Virus record (IMG/VR): IMGVR_UViG_3300020045_011830
Span: 1-32,915 of that record
DNA length: 32,915 bases
Direction: 5' to 3' (one strand)
Source of the DNA: a virus
Lineage: Duplodnaviria > Caudoviricetes
How positions within the stretch are numbered: the stretch's first letter is position 1; every line of letters begins with the position of its first letter. Positions 1 through 9,975 of the stretch are shown in pieces. The position numbers and the translations under genes are program-made. Under the pieces are notes generated by a model. The model was not told where the DNA came from and ran no database searches. It was given only the letters and a program-made list of their open reading frames with translations.

Positions 1-79
1 GAGACGCACCGATGCGCCCGCCGCTGGGGGTATAAGGAAGGGATTCATGGGATGATCTTCTCGTTTCCCGCGTATTAAC

Positions 80-1681
80 TCAATCGCCGCCTGCTCTGCC
101 ATATAATGAGATTCCTTGAAATGAGAAATCGGAAGTGCCTACGGATTGCAGTGTGAAGCGGTGAAGCCGCCCACTTTGTGAGAGCCGTAAGCGATCCCTG
201 TGGAGTAAACTGGAAATGCCAATTGTGCGGTTCGTCACCCCGTTGCTGACATCGCCTTGAGAAGTGGAGTAGATAAAGTCCGCGCTGCCTGACACGAAGG
301 ACATATTAAGGCGTGCTTCCATCACTTCCTTTTGCGTCACGACGTCACCAAAGTCCAGCCATCCCGTTGTTAATGTGGCAATCATCGGGGTGCCTTCGAT
401 GTGCGTGGCCGAGGTATACCCCCAGTAGCGCGGATAAATGGTCGCGCCGGATATGGTGTTGCTTGCTTCGAGGGTCAAATTATTGCTGATAAACACCGGC
501 GTAGCGTAAACGCCTGTTGGCGCGGACGCTGTAGCATACAGCCGTTTCGAGGGAAGGCAATACGTAGACCAGCAATTGCGGGCATAGTTATAGACCAGTG
601 CAACCGAAGGCTCTGTAGTAAGCGCCGTGGGGTCTTTCCCGAAATCGCCTGGCTGCAAGCACGGAAACCACCATACGATACAGTCCCGTTGGGAATCGTG
701 AAATCCGTGGATCTTGCCGGTCTGTCGTTTGTTCAGATACTTATTGATGAATTCCTTGACGCTTTGTTCTCCCACAAGCTGATCGTGCCCATCGATAAAG
801 CGAGCGGTCAGGCCGTCGGACACCCAAATTCCGTTGACACCCCACCCGTAGTGCTGGTTACCCACCGCGACGACAGCAGTTTTAGAGTAAGCGCCAATCT
901 CATCCGCGCCTTTGCGCCAGCCGAAATAGAACGGCGGCCCTTGGTAGAACACAATGAACTGCTGGTTTTGGCCGTAAACAGCGATGTCATTACCGAGGTG
1001 TTCCGCTGCGGATATTCGGCCTCGCAGCGGGTAGATCGTGAGGTCCCCAGCCGCATTGTTGGCTTCCGGGGTATACGAGTCGAATCTATCCTGGTCTGAC
1101 CAGTGAAAAGTATGCCGGGAGGAGGTCGCGAAGAACAGTACATGCGATCCAAGGATACGTACAATCTCGGCGGTTGCAAAGTTGTTCGTAGTGCCGGTCA
1201 GGTAGCGAAACGCGCCACTGCCAGTACGATGACAAGGCCGATTGACGCCATCGCAGAAGAAGATTTCATTGGCCAGTCCCGAGGCCCAGGAGGCAATGGT
1301 GGAAAACCCTCTTGTTTCGTCGTTCCCTCTGCCATTGACGATGCCTGCGGTAGGGGTGACAATATTAAGCCCCGCTGCGCCGGACACCACTAGCAGTGTG
1401 CCGCGCAGTTGCACATACGTTTGCTGAAGGTTATTGTTGCGACGATGCGTGTGCATCCCGCGCGGGAAGGTTCCTATAGAGCTTGTCGTATCCAGGCCGC
1501 CTGATCCAAAGTTTGGCGAGCCAGAGAAATAGACCGGGCCAGGGACAACCTGATATCCGTTATCACTCATTACCACATTGTTTGCGGCTACCCATAGTTT
1601 CGTGTCTGGCGAAATGCGTTGAAAACTTGCGCCGAAGAAGGTAGGATTGGTGACATCCGTAGTGAAGAGCTTTTTAAACAT
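80..1681 (-). CDS. Putative tail hub / packaged-DNA stabilisation protein (P22 gp10 / tail tubular B-like)
   Basis: 533 aa, beta-rich, with FHWSD...AGDL and 'DIAVYG...IGAYSKTAVV' segments resembling podovirus hub proteins; phage context. Confidence 0.6.
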   Translation of the reverse strand: MFKKLFTTDVTNPTFFGASFQRISPDTKLWVAANNVVMSDNGYQVVPGPVYFSGSPNFGSGGLDTTSSIGTFPRGMHTHRRNNNLQQTYVQLRGTLLVVSGAAGLNIVTPTAGIVNGRGNDETRGFSTIASWASGLANEIFFCDGVNRPCHRTGSGAFRYLTGTTNNFATAEIVRILGSHVLFFATSSRHTFHWSDQDRFDSYTPEANNAAGDLTIYPLRGRISAAEHLGNDIAVYGQNQQFIVFYQGPPFYFGWRKGADEIGAYSKTAVVAVGNQHYGWGVNGIWVSDGLTARFIDGHDQLVGEQSVKEFINKYLNKRQTGKIHGFHDSQRDCIVWWFPCLQPGDFGKDPTALTTEPSVALVYNYARNCWSTYCLPSKRLYATASAPTGVYATPVFISNNLTLEASNTISGATIYPRYWGYTSATHIEGTPMIATLTTGWLDFGDVVTQKEVMEARLNMSFVSGSADFIYSTSQGDVSNGVTNRTIGISSLLHRDRLRLSQSGRLHRFTLQSVGTSDFSFQGISLYGRAGGD

Positions 1682-2266
1682 ATGGTTGACAGAAACAAAA
1701 TTCGTACAGGGTCTAGTTTCCCATTACTCCCACATCCCAGCAATTATGCCATAAATGCCTGGGCGAGTCAATTGGTAGCGACTTTGCAGGGGTTCTTCCA
1801 GGCCGCCGCGCCGGTGAGTACGGAAATGATTCAAGACGAGGCGGTGAGCACGGAAAAGCTAGGGCAGAACTCTACTCACTTCTTCGACTTCACGCAGTCT
1901 GAAAACACCTTACCCTTGCCGCAAGTGCCAACATCAACACGCGTACTGGGAGAGCGGCTTAATATCTCCAGCTCAAAGTCAAATGTGCTCATTTGGTTTA
2001 ATCACATCTATAAGTCACCCCGGATAAAAACCTATATCCTGCTGGATAGCGCCACGCCAGCCAATTATCCAAGCAATAGTTTTCTGGTAGAGTCCTTTTC
2101 TTCCTCTCAGAACACCTCTCAGGCAATTTCATGGGCCTTCCAGAACGTAACGCCCGGCGCGCATTCTATCTCGATTTATTGCGGTGTAATCAGCCCCACC
2201 ACAGCGAATCACCATAACTCGATTAATCGGACGCTGACGGTTCTAACGATGAAGAATGCGCGGTAA
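1682..2266 (+). CDS. Hypothetical, probably virion-associated protein
   Basis: In-frame ATG at 1682 within ORF 1619-2266; 'IQDEAVSTEKL' segment and beta-rich C-terminus like phage tail accessory proteins; start uncertain. Confidence 0.5.
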   Translation: MVDRNKIRTGSSFPLLPHPSNYAINAWASQLVATLQGFFQAAAPVSTEMIQDEAVSTEKLGQNSTHFFDFTQSENTLPLPQVPTSTRVLGERLNISSSKSNVLIWFNHIYKSPRIKTYILLDSATPANYPSNSFLVESFSSSQNTSQAISWAFQNVTPGAHSISIYCGVISPTTANHHNSINRTLTVLTMKNAR

Positions 2267-2615
2267 TCCATGCGTCAATGCGGCCTGTGTAGTCTGGGTC
2301 TATCGCGTGGATTCCCTCAAGGAGAACCCCACGGATGATCGCATATGACGTTCCCAATTCCTTGCTTAACTGCTGTACGCTCTTTCTCTTCTCGTTTGCC
2401 AGCTTCCAGACTTTGGCCTTTTCCTTGTCCTTCAGGGATCGCGCCCTGGACTTCTTCCCTGGCCCATAATGAAAGATTTGCCGCGCCCGCTCCTTGGAGA
2501 ATCCGAAATAATCCCCAATGACTTGGAATGTTTTACCCTGCTTGCGGAAAGAAATGACCAGTTGATGAAGCTTATCCCGGTGTTCCGAACTACATTCAAA
2601 TTGCGGTGTTCCCAT
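2223..2615 (-). CDS. HTH DNA-binding protein (sigma-70 region 4-like)
   Basis: TFQVIGDYFGFSKERARQI helix-turn-helix, plus a second HTH-like segment SVQQLSKELGTSYAII. Confidence 0.7.
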   Translation of the reverse strand: MGTPQFECSSEHRDKLHQLVISFRKQGKTFQVIGDYFGFSKERARQIFHYGPGKKSRARSLKDKEKAKVWKLANEKRKSVQQLSKELGTSYAIIRGVLLEGIHAIDPDYTGRIDAWITAHSSSLEPSASD

Positions 2616-2697
2616 ACTTGCGCCTAATGATTAAAGCTAGATTATAACCCATATTTAGAGTATACTCCACACAATTTAGTAGATTGACGGCTACGTT

Positions 2698-2916
2698 ATG
2701 TCATTACACGAGGATCTCACTAAAGAGGGATTGAACCCCCTCCGAATGCTCACGGCCACACTTTCGGAACTAGAGCCGGAAGCACGGGCTGACGCGCTGA
2801 TCAAACTCCTTGAGCTGATGTATCGTTATACGCCAAGCGATGAAGCCCTTGACCCCTCCAAGGATACCTCACTGAACGATTTCCTAACGAAACTGGATAA
2901 GTCCCAATGCAAGTAA
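2698..2916 (+). CDS. Small helical protein, possibly terminase small subunit-like
   Basis: 72 aa; GLNPL...ARADAL...YRYTP pattern shared with 10520-10804; overlaps start of next gene. Confidence 0.5.
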   Translation: MSLHEDLTKEGLNPLRMLTATLSELEPEARADALIKLLELMYRYTPSDEALDPSKDTSLNDFLTKLDKSQCK

Positions 2917-4352
2917 ATATCAGCCAGTTAATGAAAGACCTTGACAAGGAACTAAACGCGGCACTGAATGCCGGGAAGACTGACCTGGCGCTGCACATCC
3001 TCCAAACGAAAATTGCTCCACTGAACGCGGATCACCCCCATAACCCGGACATCCTGTACTACACTGGCACGGCGCTGATGCTGCTCAAAATGCCCGGTGT
3101 GGCTATCCCTTTGTTATTGCGTTGCCTGGACTACTCGCCCCGCCATTGGCAAGCGATGAACAACGTCGGATGCTGTTACAAACAACTTGGGAAGAATGAA
3201 CGGGCAAAAGAATTTTTCTTCGATGCCATGCGCCACGGTGGATCGCGAAACCCGGACCTCATGAACAATATTGGCGGCGTATTCACTACCGAGGGCGAAC
3301 CAGAACGCGCGATCATCTACGCCCGTGCGGCACACGAATACGCGGAAAAAGGCCAGCCTACCGCGCAGTACACATGGAATTTGGCCTTGGCGCTAATGGA
3401 ACTCGAAGATTGGGGTAAGGGGTTCCCCCTGTATGAATCCGGCATTCTCTCGAAAGATCGCGGGATCAAGCGCTACATGACCCGGCACGATAAGCTTATT
3501 CCACTGTGGGACCGGACGCCCGGAAAGCGCGTTATCCTCTGCTCTGAACAAGGTCTTGGCGACAATATTCTGTTCGCGTCCGCGTTCGAGTATGCCCATA
3601 AAGACATCCGCTTCTTGCTTGACTGTCATCCGCGACTATATACGCTGTTCCGTCGCAGCTTCCCGGATATCGAAATGTATAATACGTATAAAGCCGAACC
3701 GCCTTACGCCTGGTCAAAGGATCGAGAGTTCGATGCAACAGGAGGAATAGGAAGCTTGCTGGGGCTCTATCATCGTAGCGTCATAGACAAACCGCACCCC
3801 TACCTTGTCCCGGATCGCTGTAAAGTTGAGTACTGGAGACAGCGCTTGAAGTCCACCGGGCCAGGCCCGTACATCGGCTTTTCGTGGAAAGGCGGTACAC
3901 CCTACAGTGGGATCTGGTCGCGTAGTTTCTCGCCGAATGCCTACGATCCGCTGTTCGCTCTCGGTGGCCAGTGGTTCAGCGTGCAATACGATACGGTATC
4001 TGTTCAGGGCTTGAATCTCTCGAAATACGAAAATGTCCACCATTGGGCGGATGCGGTACAAACCTTTGACTACGACGATACGGCGGCTTTCATCAAGGCC
4101 CTGGATTACATCATTAGCCCACCTCAAGCGATTATCCACCTCGCGGGCGCGGTTGGGGTTCCCTGCATGGTGATGGTGCCTTTCGAGAGAGCGTGGCGGT
4201 ATCCGCGTGGGGATCGCATGTACTGGTACTCCAGCGTGAACCAAATCCACAAGCCAAAAGGCGTCACCTGGTCCGACTTCATCGCCGGGAAGGGCGTACA
4301 ACACATGAGGCAATTTATGATATTACACGATTCTATGAAGGTTTTAACATGA
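2907..4352 (+). CDS. TPR-repeat glycosyltransferase (GT-B fold, GT9-like)
   Basis: N-terminal TPR repeats (AMNNVGCCYKQLG, LMNNIGGVF); EQGLGDNILF, IGFSWKGG and ALDYII...IHLAGAVGVP motifs. Confidence 0.85.
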   Translation: MQVNISQLMKDLDKELNAALNAGKTDLALHILQTKIAPLNADHPHNPDILYYTGTALMLLKMPGVAIPLLLRCLDYSPRHWQAMNNVGCCYKQLGKNERAKEFFFDAMRHGGSRNPDLMNNIGGVFTTEGEPERAIIYARAAHEYAEKGQPTAQYTWNLALALMELEDWGKGFPLYESGILSKDRGIKRYMTRHDKLIPLWDRTPGKRVILCSEQGLGDNILFASAFEYAHKDIRFLLDCHPRLYTLFRRSFPDIEMYNTYKAEPPYAWSKDREFDATGGIGSLLGLYHRSVIDKPHPYLVPDRCKVEYWRQRLKSTGPGPYIGFSWKGGTPYSGIWSRSFSPNAYDPLFALGGQWFSVQYDTVSVQGLNLSKYENVHHWADAVQTFDYDDTAAFIKALDYIISPPQAIIHLAGAVGVPCMVMVPFERAWRYPRGDRMYWYSSVNQIHKPKGVTWSDFIAGKGVQHMRQFMILHDSMKVLT

Positions 4353-5011
4353 GAATAGCAATTGTAGGTAATGGCCCGAGCATTCTCGCCCATCCCGAAT
4401 ATGGGGAAATGATTGACAATCATGACAAGGTGATACGATTGAAGCGATGCGCGGCTACCCTGTCCTTACCCCTCCATTTCGGGTCTCGCACGGACATCAT
4501 CGCGGGCAGTATCGGGATCGCGCCCGAACTCTTGGACATCGGGAATAAGGATACCCACATATGGGTATTCACGGATAGTCGGCCCATGGCGCAAGAGGCT
4601 ATCAGGAGCGTAACGCAATTCATCTTTCAACAAAATAGAGTTGTTCGCTGTTTCAGTGATCTTTGCAACCAATTGGACGCGCGCTATCGAGACATGCGCA
4701 TTCCGTTCACGCCCGATGCGCAAACGGCACCCGTGGTAAATCTTGATGCGCCCATAGATGAAAACGGGCAAACGCTAGGACACAATCACACCTCGCAAGG
4801 GATGAAAGCGATTTGCTACGCGCTGCACCTATTGAGACCTGACAGGATCACTCTTTTCGGCTTCGACAACGTGAAAAACGGAACCTTCACATTCTCGCTT
4901 ACACGCGGGTTATCTCACCAGCGCTACCCCTTACACAACTGGCCCACGGAAAAGCTTCTGTTGGAAGCGATAGCGTTGGATCATCCTGACACGGAGATTG
5001 TATTCGCATGA
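4349..5011 (+). CDS. Glycosyltransferase, GT29 (sialyltransferase)-like
   Basis: ATGA-coupled start at 4349; IAIVGNGPS...IDNHDKVIRL (sialyl motif L-like) and TSQG...ITLFGFD (motif S-like). Confidence 0.75.
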   Translation: MRIAIVGNGPSILAHPEYGEMIDNHDKVIRLKRCAATLSLPLHFGSRTDIIAGSIGIAPELLDIGNKDTHIWVFTDSRPMAQEAIRSVTQFIFQQNRVVRCFSDLCNQLDARYRDMRIPFTPDAQTAPVVNLDAPIDENGQTLGHNHTSQGMKAICYALHLLRPDRITLFGFDNVKNGTFTFSLTRGLSHQRYPLHNWPTEKLLLEAIALDHPDTEIVFA

Positions 5012-6342
5012 AATTCATCACTTCAATTTCCTTGGCCGATTGGTTTCTTTACGGTCAGGAAACACTTTATAACCTGGATAAGAATCTGCCGATGAACGCG
5101 GCCTTTATCATCTACGCGGATGATCCGCTACCGCTGCCCAAACCATTTAGTCAGCGTGTCAGCGTGCGCCCGTATGTCCAGCCCGCCAGTATTTTGACTG
5201 AAATGGCCGCGCGTCTGCCCGTGTTTTCTGGCCGTATCGGCGGGAACTACGATTACCGGCATAACTATCGAGCATTCAGCCGCAAAGTGATGGCCATCCT
5301 GGAAACTCTCATGGCCGGTGAAACGGAAATGCTCTTCTGGATAGATGCGGATACCCGTTTTGTCACGCCGCCCCCCGCGACAGTTTTCGAGAGCTTTCTT
5401 GCGGAGCACCCTATTTGCGTGATGCAGCGCAACCAATGGCACCTGTGCAGCTCCTTTGTGGGGTTCAATCTAAAGGTGCCCGCCGTGATGGATTTCCTGG
5501 AACACTTTTGCTTACTCTACAGTAGCGGCCTGGTGCTCACGCTGCCACATTGGGATGATGCCGGTGTACTACATACCCTGCTATCCGAGAACCGCGATAC
5601 GATCCATGTGAAAGACCTGTCACCCCCCAATTTGCCGGAAGGCCCGGTTAACATTTTCGATATCGTGTTTGCCCAATATGGAGGGAATCATCTTAAGGGA
5701 AATATCAAGACCACCGCTACGCCGAGCTTACACCAGCCAAAACGATATAAGGTGATCACCGACACAGCGGCAGAACTGGGATTAGAGGGTGTCGGTAAGG
5801 TCTTCGTTGAAATCGGCACATGGAAGGGAGATCGCGCCGTGGATATCGCGAAAGCGTGTGGAACCAACTTTAAATATATTGGCTTTGATGTGTTTGAAAT
5901 GTACCCCGCCGCCCTCGATGCAATCGAAATGAACGCCAAGCCACATATCCCCATCGCGACAGTAAGAGACCGACTTAAGGCGGCAAATATTGATGCGGAA
6001 CTGATCCAGGGAAGCACACAAGATACACTCCCACTATACACGAGTAAGCACCAGAACTTTGCAGACCTGGTGTATATCGATGGCGGCCATTCCATGCAAA
6101 CGATCGTTCACGATTTGGAGTACGCGATGCGGATGGTCAAAGACACGGGTATCATCATCATGGACGACTATTACGAGGAATGCGATGAGGATACGATGTC
6201 TCGATTCGGTGCACAAACGGTATTGGGACTGCCTGGCGCTCCCCCTTATACCCTGTCCCCACCGGAGGGAGATTGGAAACGCGAAGGCGGAAAGATTAGA
6301 CTGGCCGTTATTCAAGGGAAACACTGCAAACATGGAACCTAA
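5008..6342 (+). CDS. Fusion of GT-A-like glycosyltransferase and class I SAM methyltransferase (Methyltransf_24-like)
   Basis: N-terminal FSRKV...WIDAD (DxD)...WDDA; C-terminal VEIGTWKG, YIDGGHS, GIIIMDDY. Confidence 0.8.
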   Translation: MKFITSISLADWFLYGQETLYNLDKNLPMNAAFIIYADDPLPLPKPFSQRVSVRPYVQPASILTEMAARLPVFSGRIGGNYDYRHNYRAFSRKVMAILETLMAGETEMLFWIDADTRFVTPPPATVFESFLAEHPICVMQRNQWHLCSSFVGFNLKVPAVMDFLEHFCLLYSSGLVLTLPHWDDAGVLHTLLSENRDTIHVKDLSPPNLPEGPVNIFDIVFAQYGGNHLKGNIKTTATPSLHQPKRYKVITDTAAELGLEGVGKVFVEIGTWKGDRAVDIAKACGTNFKYIGFDVFEMYPAALDAIEMNAKPHIPIATVRDRLKAANIDAELIQGSTQDTLPLYTSKHQNFADLVYIDGGHSMQTIVHDLEYAMRMVKDTGIIIMDDYYEECDEDTMSRFGAQTVLGLPGAPPYTLSPPEGDWKREGGKIRLAVIQGKHCKHGT

Positions 6343-7627
6343 AGTCTTGGCGGATGAAGTCGTCTACGCCTTCCCCGGTGGAACCGACATTGTAGAACCC
6401 TTCTGGAACACCGGAGGCACCACGCTGGTAGATATGGGGGGTGGAATTATTGTGTTGAGCGGTCAGATACCCATCGCCGACCCCACACAAACCTATGCCA
6501 ATCTCTACCCCACAATCTGGCGTCGCGATCATAATGGTTGGGAACAGATGCGCGTGGAAACCATGTTCGACACGAGGGAACCCGTGCCCCTGGCCAGACA
6601 CGGCGAGTCCATTTACGCTTACGAAAATCCTCTGCGCGTGGTGGATGGTAAAGGCGGAACGACACTACCGCACCTGGCACGATACGATAGTGAGGATACG
6701 GGCATCACTCCGGACTACATCCCCATTCCCTTTATCGCGGAACCACAAGCTCCCTTATTCACACTTTGGTCTTACCGTGGGATCGCGGTGGATCATTGCC
6801 AGAACACGCTGTTCTTGACGCAGCATACAGAGAACTATTACGCTTCCCTATATACGCTCATGACACCGACCGCTCAGAGTATTCGCACCGGCAAGATTGA
6901 TTACGTAAAGGAGTATTACATCACCGAACCGATGCGCGTGGCCTATCACTGTACGGCGATACACAATAACTTTGCCGTGGCGCTTGGGGTAACGGACATT
7001 TGGGAATATAACCCAGACTTCCTGGCCGTGCGTGGAAAATGGGCCTTTCGACGACTGATGTACACCTGGTCAACCAATCTTAGGGATTCACCCCTAAAAC
7101 CCTGGGTTGAACTCGACCGGGTTGAACAGTATGGCGGGCAGGTACAGCCGCTGGATATCTACCTGGATGATGATCACCGTGTTCACATTCTCTGGTATCG
7201 TGAGAGCATGGACGGCGGATTACAGAATGCGTTTTGGTCTGACATCCCGATCACCTACGAATTGAAATATGGGATCATAGAAAAAGGCGTCCTCATCCAC
7301 ACGCAAACGCTCTTGTATTACGATAACCGCGAAGGCAGATTTGGAGAGTATCCCGTTAAAGCCCGGTTCCAGATTACGCCAGAGAACCGCATTTTCGTTA
7401 TCTTCGGGGCTGGTGGTAGCGTGTACTCTTTGCATGGATACCGCTTCCGGTTAACGGAAATCACGGGATGCACGCACACGGAGCCGGTAACGCTCTGGAC
7501 AAGCGAATACTTCATTTTTAACTTTCAAAATACCAGCGTGCGTTCTGGCTCTCCAAAATCACGGATAGCTAATCTTGCCTTGTGGCAGGGCGGACAAGTG
7601 CGTTATCTCAGGATTCGGGTATGCTGA
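6332..7627 (+). CDS. Hypothetical protein, beta-rich (possible beta-propeller)
   Basis: ATG at 6332 overlapping the upstream gene end; 431 aa, aromatic-rich; inside the GT operon. Confidence 0.6.
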   Translation: MEPKVLADEVVYAFPGGTDIVEPFWNTGGTTLVDMGGGIIVLSGQIPIADPTQTYANLYPTIWRRDHNGWEQMRVETMFDTREPVPLARHGESIYAYENPLRVVDGKGGTTLPHLARYDSEDTGITPDYIPIPFIAEPQAPLFTLWSYRGIAVDHCQNTLFLTQHTENYYASLYTLMTPTAQSIRTGKIDYVKEYYITEPMRVAYHCTAIHNNFAVALGVTDIWEYNPDFLAVRGKWAFRRLMYTWSTNLRDSPLKPWVELDRVEQYGGQVQPLDIYLDDDHRVHILWYRESMDGGLQNAFWSDIPITYELKYGIIEKGVLIHTQTLLYYDNREGRFGEYPVKARFQITPENRIFVIFGAGGSVYSLHGYRFRLTEITGCTHTEPVTLWTSEYFIFNFQNTSVRSGSPKSRIANLALWQGGQVRYLRIRVC

Positions 7628-8130
7628 TCACGCCCGCGTATCTTGCCACGCAGAAGCGCGTGCATAAAGCACAGCCAGCATACGGGATAAGCAGCAAATG
7701 TGGCGTTGCCGCAGCCAAGCTCCTGCATGAAAGCTATGGCGTGGAAAGCATCATTGACTATGGTTGTGGGAAAGGAAGGCTAAAGATCCATTACCCCTAC
7801 GTCTCTATCACGGAATACGATCCTGCGATTGAGGGAAAGGATAACCCGAACCTCTGCCCGGCGGATGCGGTATTGTGCCATGATGTCATGGAGCATATAG
7901 AAGAACGTTGTTTACCTGACGTGATGCGGCATATGACCGCGTTGGCCCTCACGTATTTGTACCTGACCATTACCACGCGCCCGGCAAGAAAGATTCTTCC
8001 TGATGGCCGGAACGCGCACATTACGCTATGGACTCCCAAGGAATGGCTTACCTTCCTGGAGCAGTATTTGACGATTATTATGGAACGCGATGAGAATCAT
8101 GAACTCACTGTATTAGGGATACCTAAATGA
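7621..8130 (+). CDS. Class I SAM-dependent methyltransferase
   Basis: IIDYGCGKG motif I; CHDVMEHIE; DGRNAH. Confidence 0.85.
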   Translation: MLITPAYLATQKRVHKAQPAYGISSKCGVAAAKLLHESYGVESIIDYGCGKGRLKIHYPYVSITEYDPAIEGKDNPNLCPADAVLCHDVMEHIEERCLPDVMRHMTALALTYLYLTITTRPARKILPDGRNAHITLWTPKEWLTFLEQYLTIIMERDENHELTVLGIPK

Positions 8131-8807
8131 AAACGCTAAACATTTTTATCGGGATGGACAAGGATGAAATCCCAGCATATCACACGCTGTCAGATTCCTT
8201 GATCCGCTATTCGAGCCAGCCGCTGTCTATCTCGCCCATCAACCGGCGTATCTACAAAGAAGTTCTCTGGCGTCCGCGGACTACGCTGGAGAGTACGGAG
8301 TTCAGCACTGCCCGCTTTCTGGTGCCGTGGGCATCGGGCTATCGCGGGCTATCGCTCTTCATGGATTGTGACATGCTCTGTGTGGGCGATATCGCGGAAC
8401 TTTTCGAGGAGCAGGATATGCGCTGTGCGATCCAGGTCGTTAAAAAAGACCTCAAGGTGACAGCCACCACAAAAATGCTGAACGCAATCCAGACCGATTA
8501 TGCAAAGAAGTGTTGGTCCGCCGTGATGCTATTCAACAATGAACGTTGTAAGGCGCTTACACCGGATTATGTGGATAAGGCCAGTGGATTGACATTACAC
8601 CAGTTCAAATGGCTAACTTCCGACAGTCAGATAGGCACACTCTCGAAGCACTGGCAATACGTGATCCCGTATGATCCACCGGAAGACTTGCATGATGCGA
8701 AGATAGTTCACTTTACGGAAGGTGGCCCGTGGTGGAATAAGTATAAAGACATCCCATTTGCGGATGAATGGCGATCACATCATAAGCATATTGTGTGTGA
8801 TCCATGA
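8127..8807 (+). CDS. Glycosyltransferase, GT-A fold (GT8-like)
   Basis: STEFSTARFLVP, FMDCDML (DxD), WSAVMLFN, IVHFTEGGPW. Confidence 0.85.
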   Translation: MKTLNIFIGMDKDEIPAYHTLSDSLIRYSSQPLSISPINRRIYKEVLWRPRTTLESTEFSTARFLVPWASGYRGLSLFMDCDMLCVGDIAELFEEQDMRCAIQVVKKDLKVTATTKMLNAIQTDYAKKCWSAVMLFNNERCKALTPDYVDKASGLTLHQFKWLTSDSQIGTLSKHWQYVIPYDPPEDLHDAKIVHFTEGGPWWNKYKDIPFADEWRSHHKHIVCDP

Positions 8808-9313
8808 AAGTATCAAAGCAAGGAATTGAGTTTATACAACGGTTATCCACAAAGAACGGCGACCCGTTATTGTCCATTGGGAAAGACGCCTATGGCCAGC
8901 CTGTCATTGGCTATGGACATCGTATCCACATGGGCGAACGCAGCAAATGGGCGAACGGGCTGACGAAGGCTCAGGCCACAAAGATAATCAAGGATGATTT
9001 GCAGGGTATCGAGGAAGCGCTTGATCGGGAATCTTGGCCGTTCGTGTTACAGCAAAACGAATATGATGCCCTGGCAAGCCTGGCGTATAGCCTTGGTGGC
9101 GTATCTTTCATCGGGGTGAAAATGCGGCACAATATCAAGGCAGGAGATAAAAGCATTCTCGCGGAGGGCTTTTATACCCACACAAAGATCACAAAGGGCG
9201 GGAGCTACGTAAATAGCATAGATCTTATGAGTAGACGGCGTGCGGAAAGCCGGTTATTCTTACTAGGAGAGTATCATGGACAAGCCCCTGAACCCCCAAA
9301 GGGAAAGATATGA
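8804..9313 (+). CDS. GH24 lysozyme-like protein with apparently degenerate active site
   Basis: KVSKQGIEFI..., IGYGH, QNEYDALAS, RRRAE..LF motifs; expected catalytic Glu and Thr appear as Ser and Val. Confidence 0.7.
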   Translation: MKVSKQGIEFIQRLSTKNGDPLLSIGKDAYGQPVIGYGHRIHMGERSKWANGLTKAQATKIIKDDLQGIEEALDRESWPFVLQQNEYDALASLAYSLGGVSFIGVKMRHNIKAGDKSILAEGFYTHTKITKGGSYVNSIDLMSRRRAESRLFLLGEYHGQAPEPPKGKI

Positions 9314-9975
9314 CAACGTATTTACAGTTAAAGTCTCGCGTAGAAAACGACACGAATCGGCCAGATTTTTCCGCTGAGATTTCGTGGGCTGTTCATAATG
9401 CGATCCGGCACTACGAGCATGAGCCGTGGCCATGGTTGCAGGATGTCACCACGATAGCCGTGGGAACCGGGGTCGGTTGGGTGAATGCGCCGTTGGATCT
9501 GCGTGAGGCGACAATGCTATTGTATCAGGAGATAAGCTCAGACTTACGCTACGAGATACACCGGCGAGACCTCCCCACGATAGAACGGATTGACGAAAAG
9601 ACGGCCAGTGTGCAAGGAAATCCTATTATCTATGCGCTCTACAACGACCGCTTGCGGATTTACCCAGCGCCGGACAGCACAAACAATGTCGTGTTGTTCT
9701 ACACGAAATCCCTTACGCAGACCGGACCGCTCGCGGATGCGGCCAGCAATGGATGGACGAATATTGCCAGTGAGCTAATTTACGCCCGCGCGGCAAAGGT
9801 CGTTTCCCTTACGAAGATTCATGATAGTGAACTGTCGCAGTTCTTTGGTGCGATGGAATCGGAGGAATACGAGACCTTACGCGATGGTTTGAACCGGCGC
9901 CAGACCAAAGGCCGCGCGAACAAGTACTACAACTGGCCGCCAGGCGTGGACTATACGATAGCAGAGGAGGAATAA
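9310..9975 (+). CDS. Head-tail adaptor / tail tubular protein A-like
   Basis: MTTYLQLKSRV...AIRHYE, GNPIIYA...LRIYPAPD...LFY pattern of podovirus adaptors. Confidence 0.65.
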   Translation: MTTYLQLKSRVENDTNRPDFSAEISWAVHNAIRHYEHEPWPWLQDVTTIAVGTGVGWVNAPLDLREATMLLYQEISSDLRYEIHRRDLPTIERIDEKTASVQGNPIIYALYNDRLRIYPAPDSTNNVVLFYTKSLTQTGPLADAASNGWTNIASELIYARAAKVVSLTKIHDSELSQFFGAMESEEYETLRDGLNRRQTKGRANKYYNWPPGVDYTIAEEE

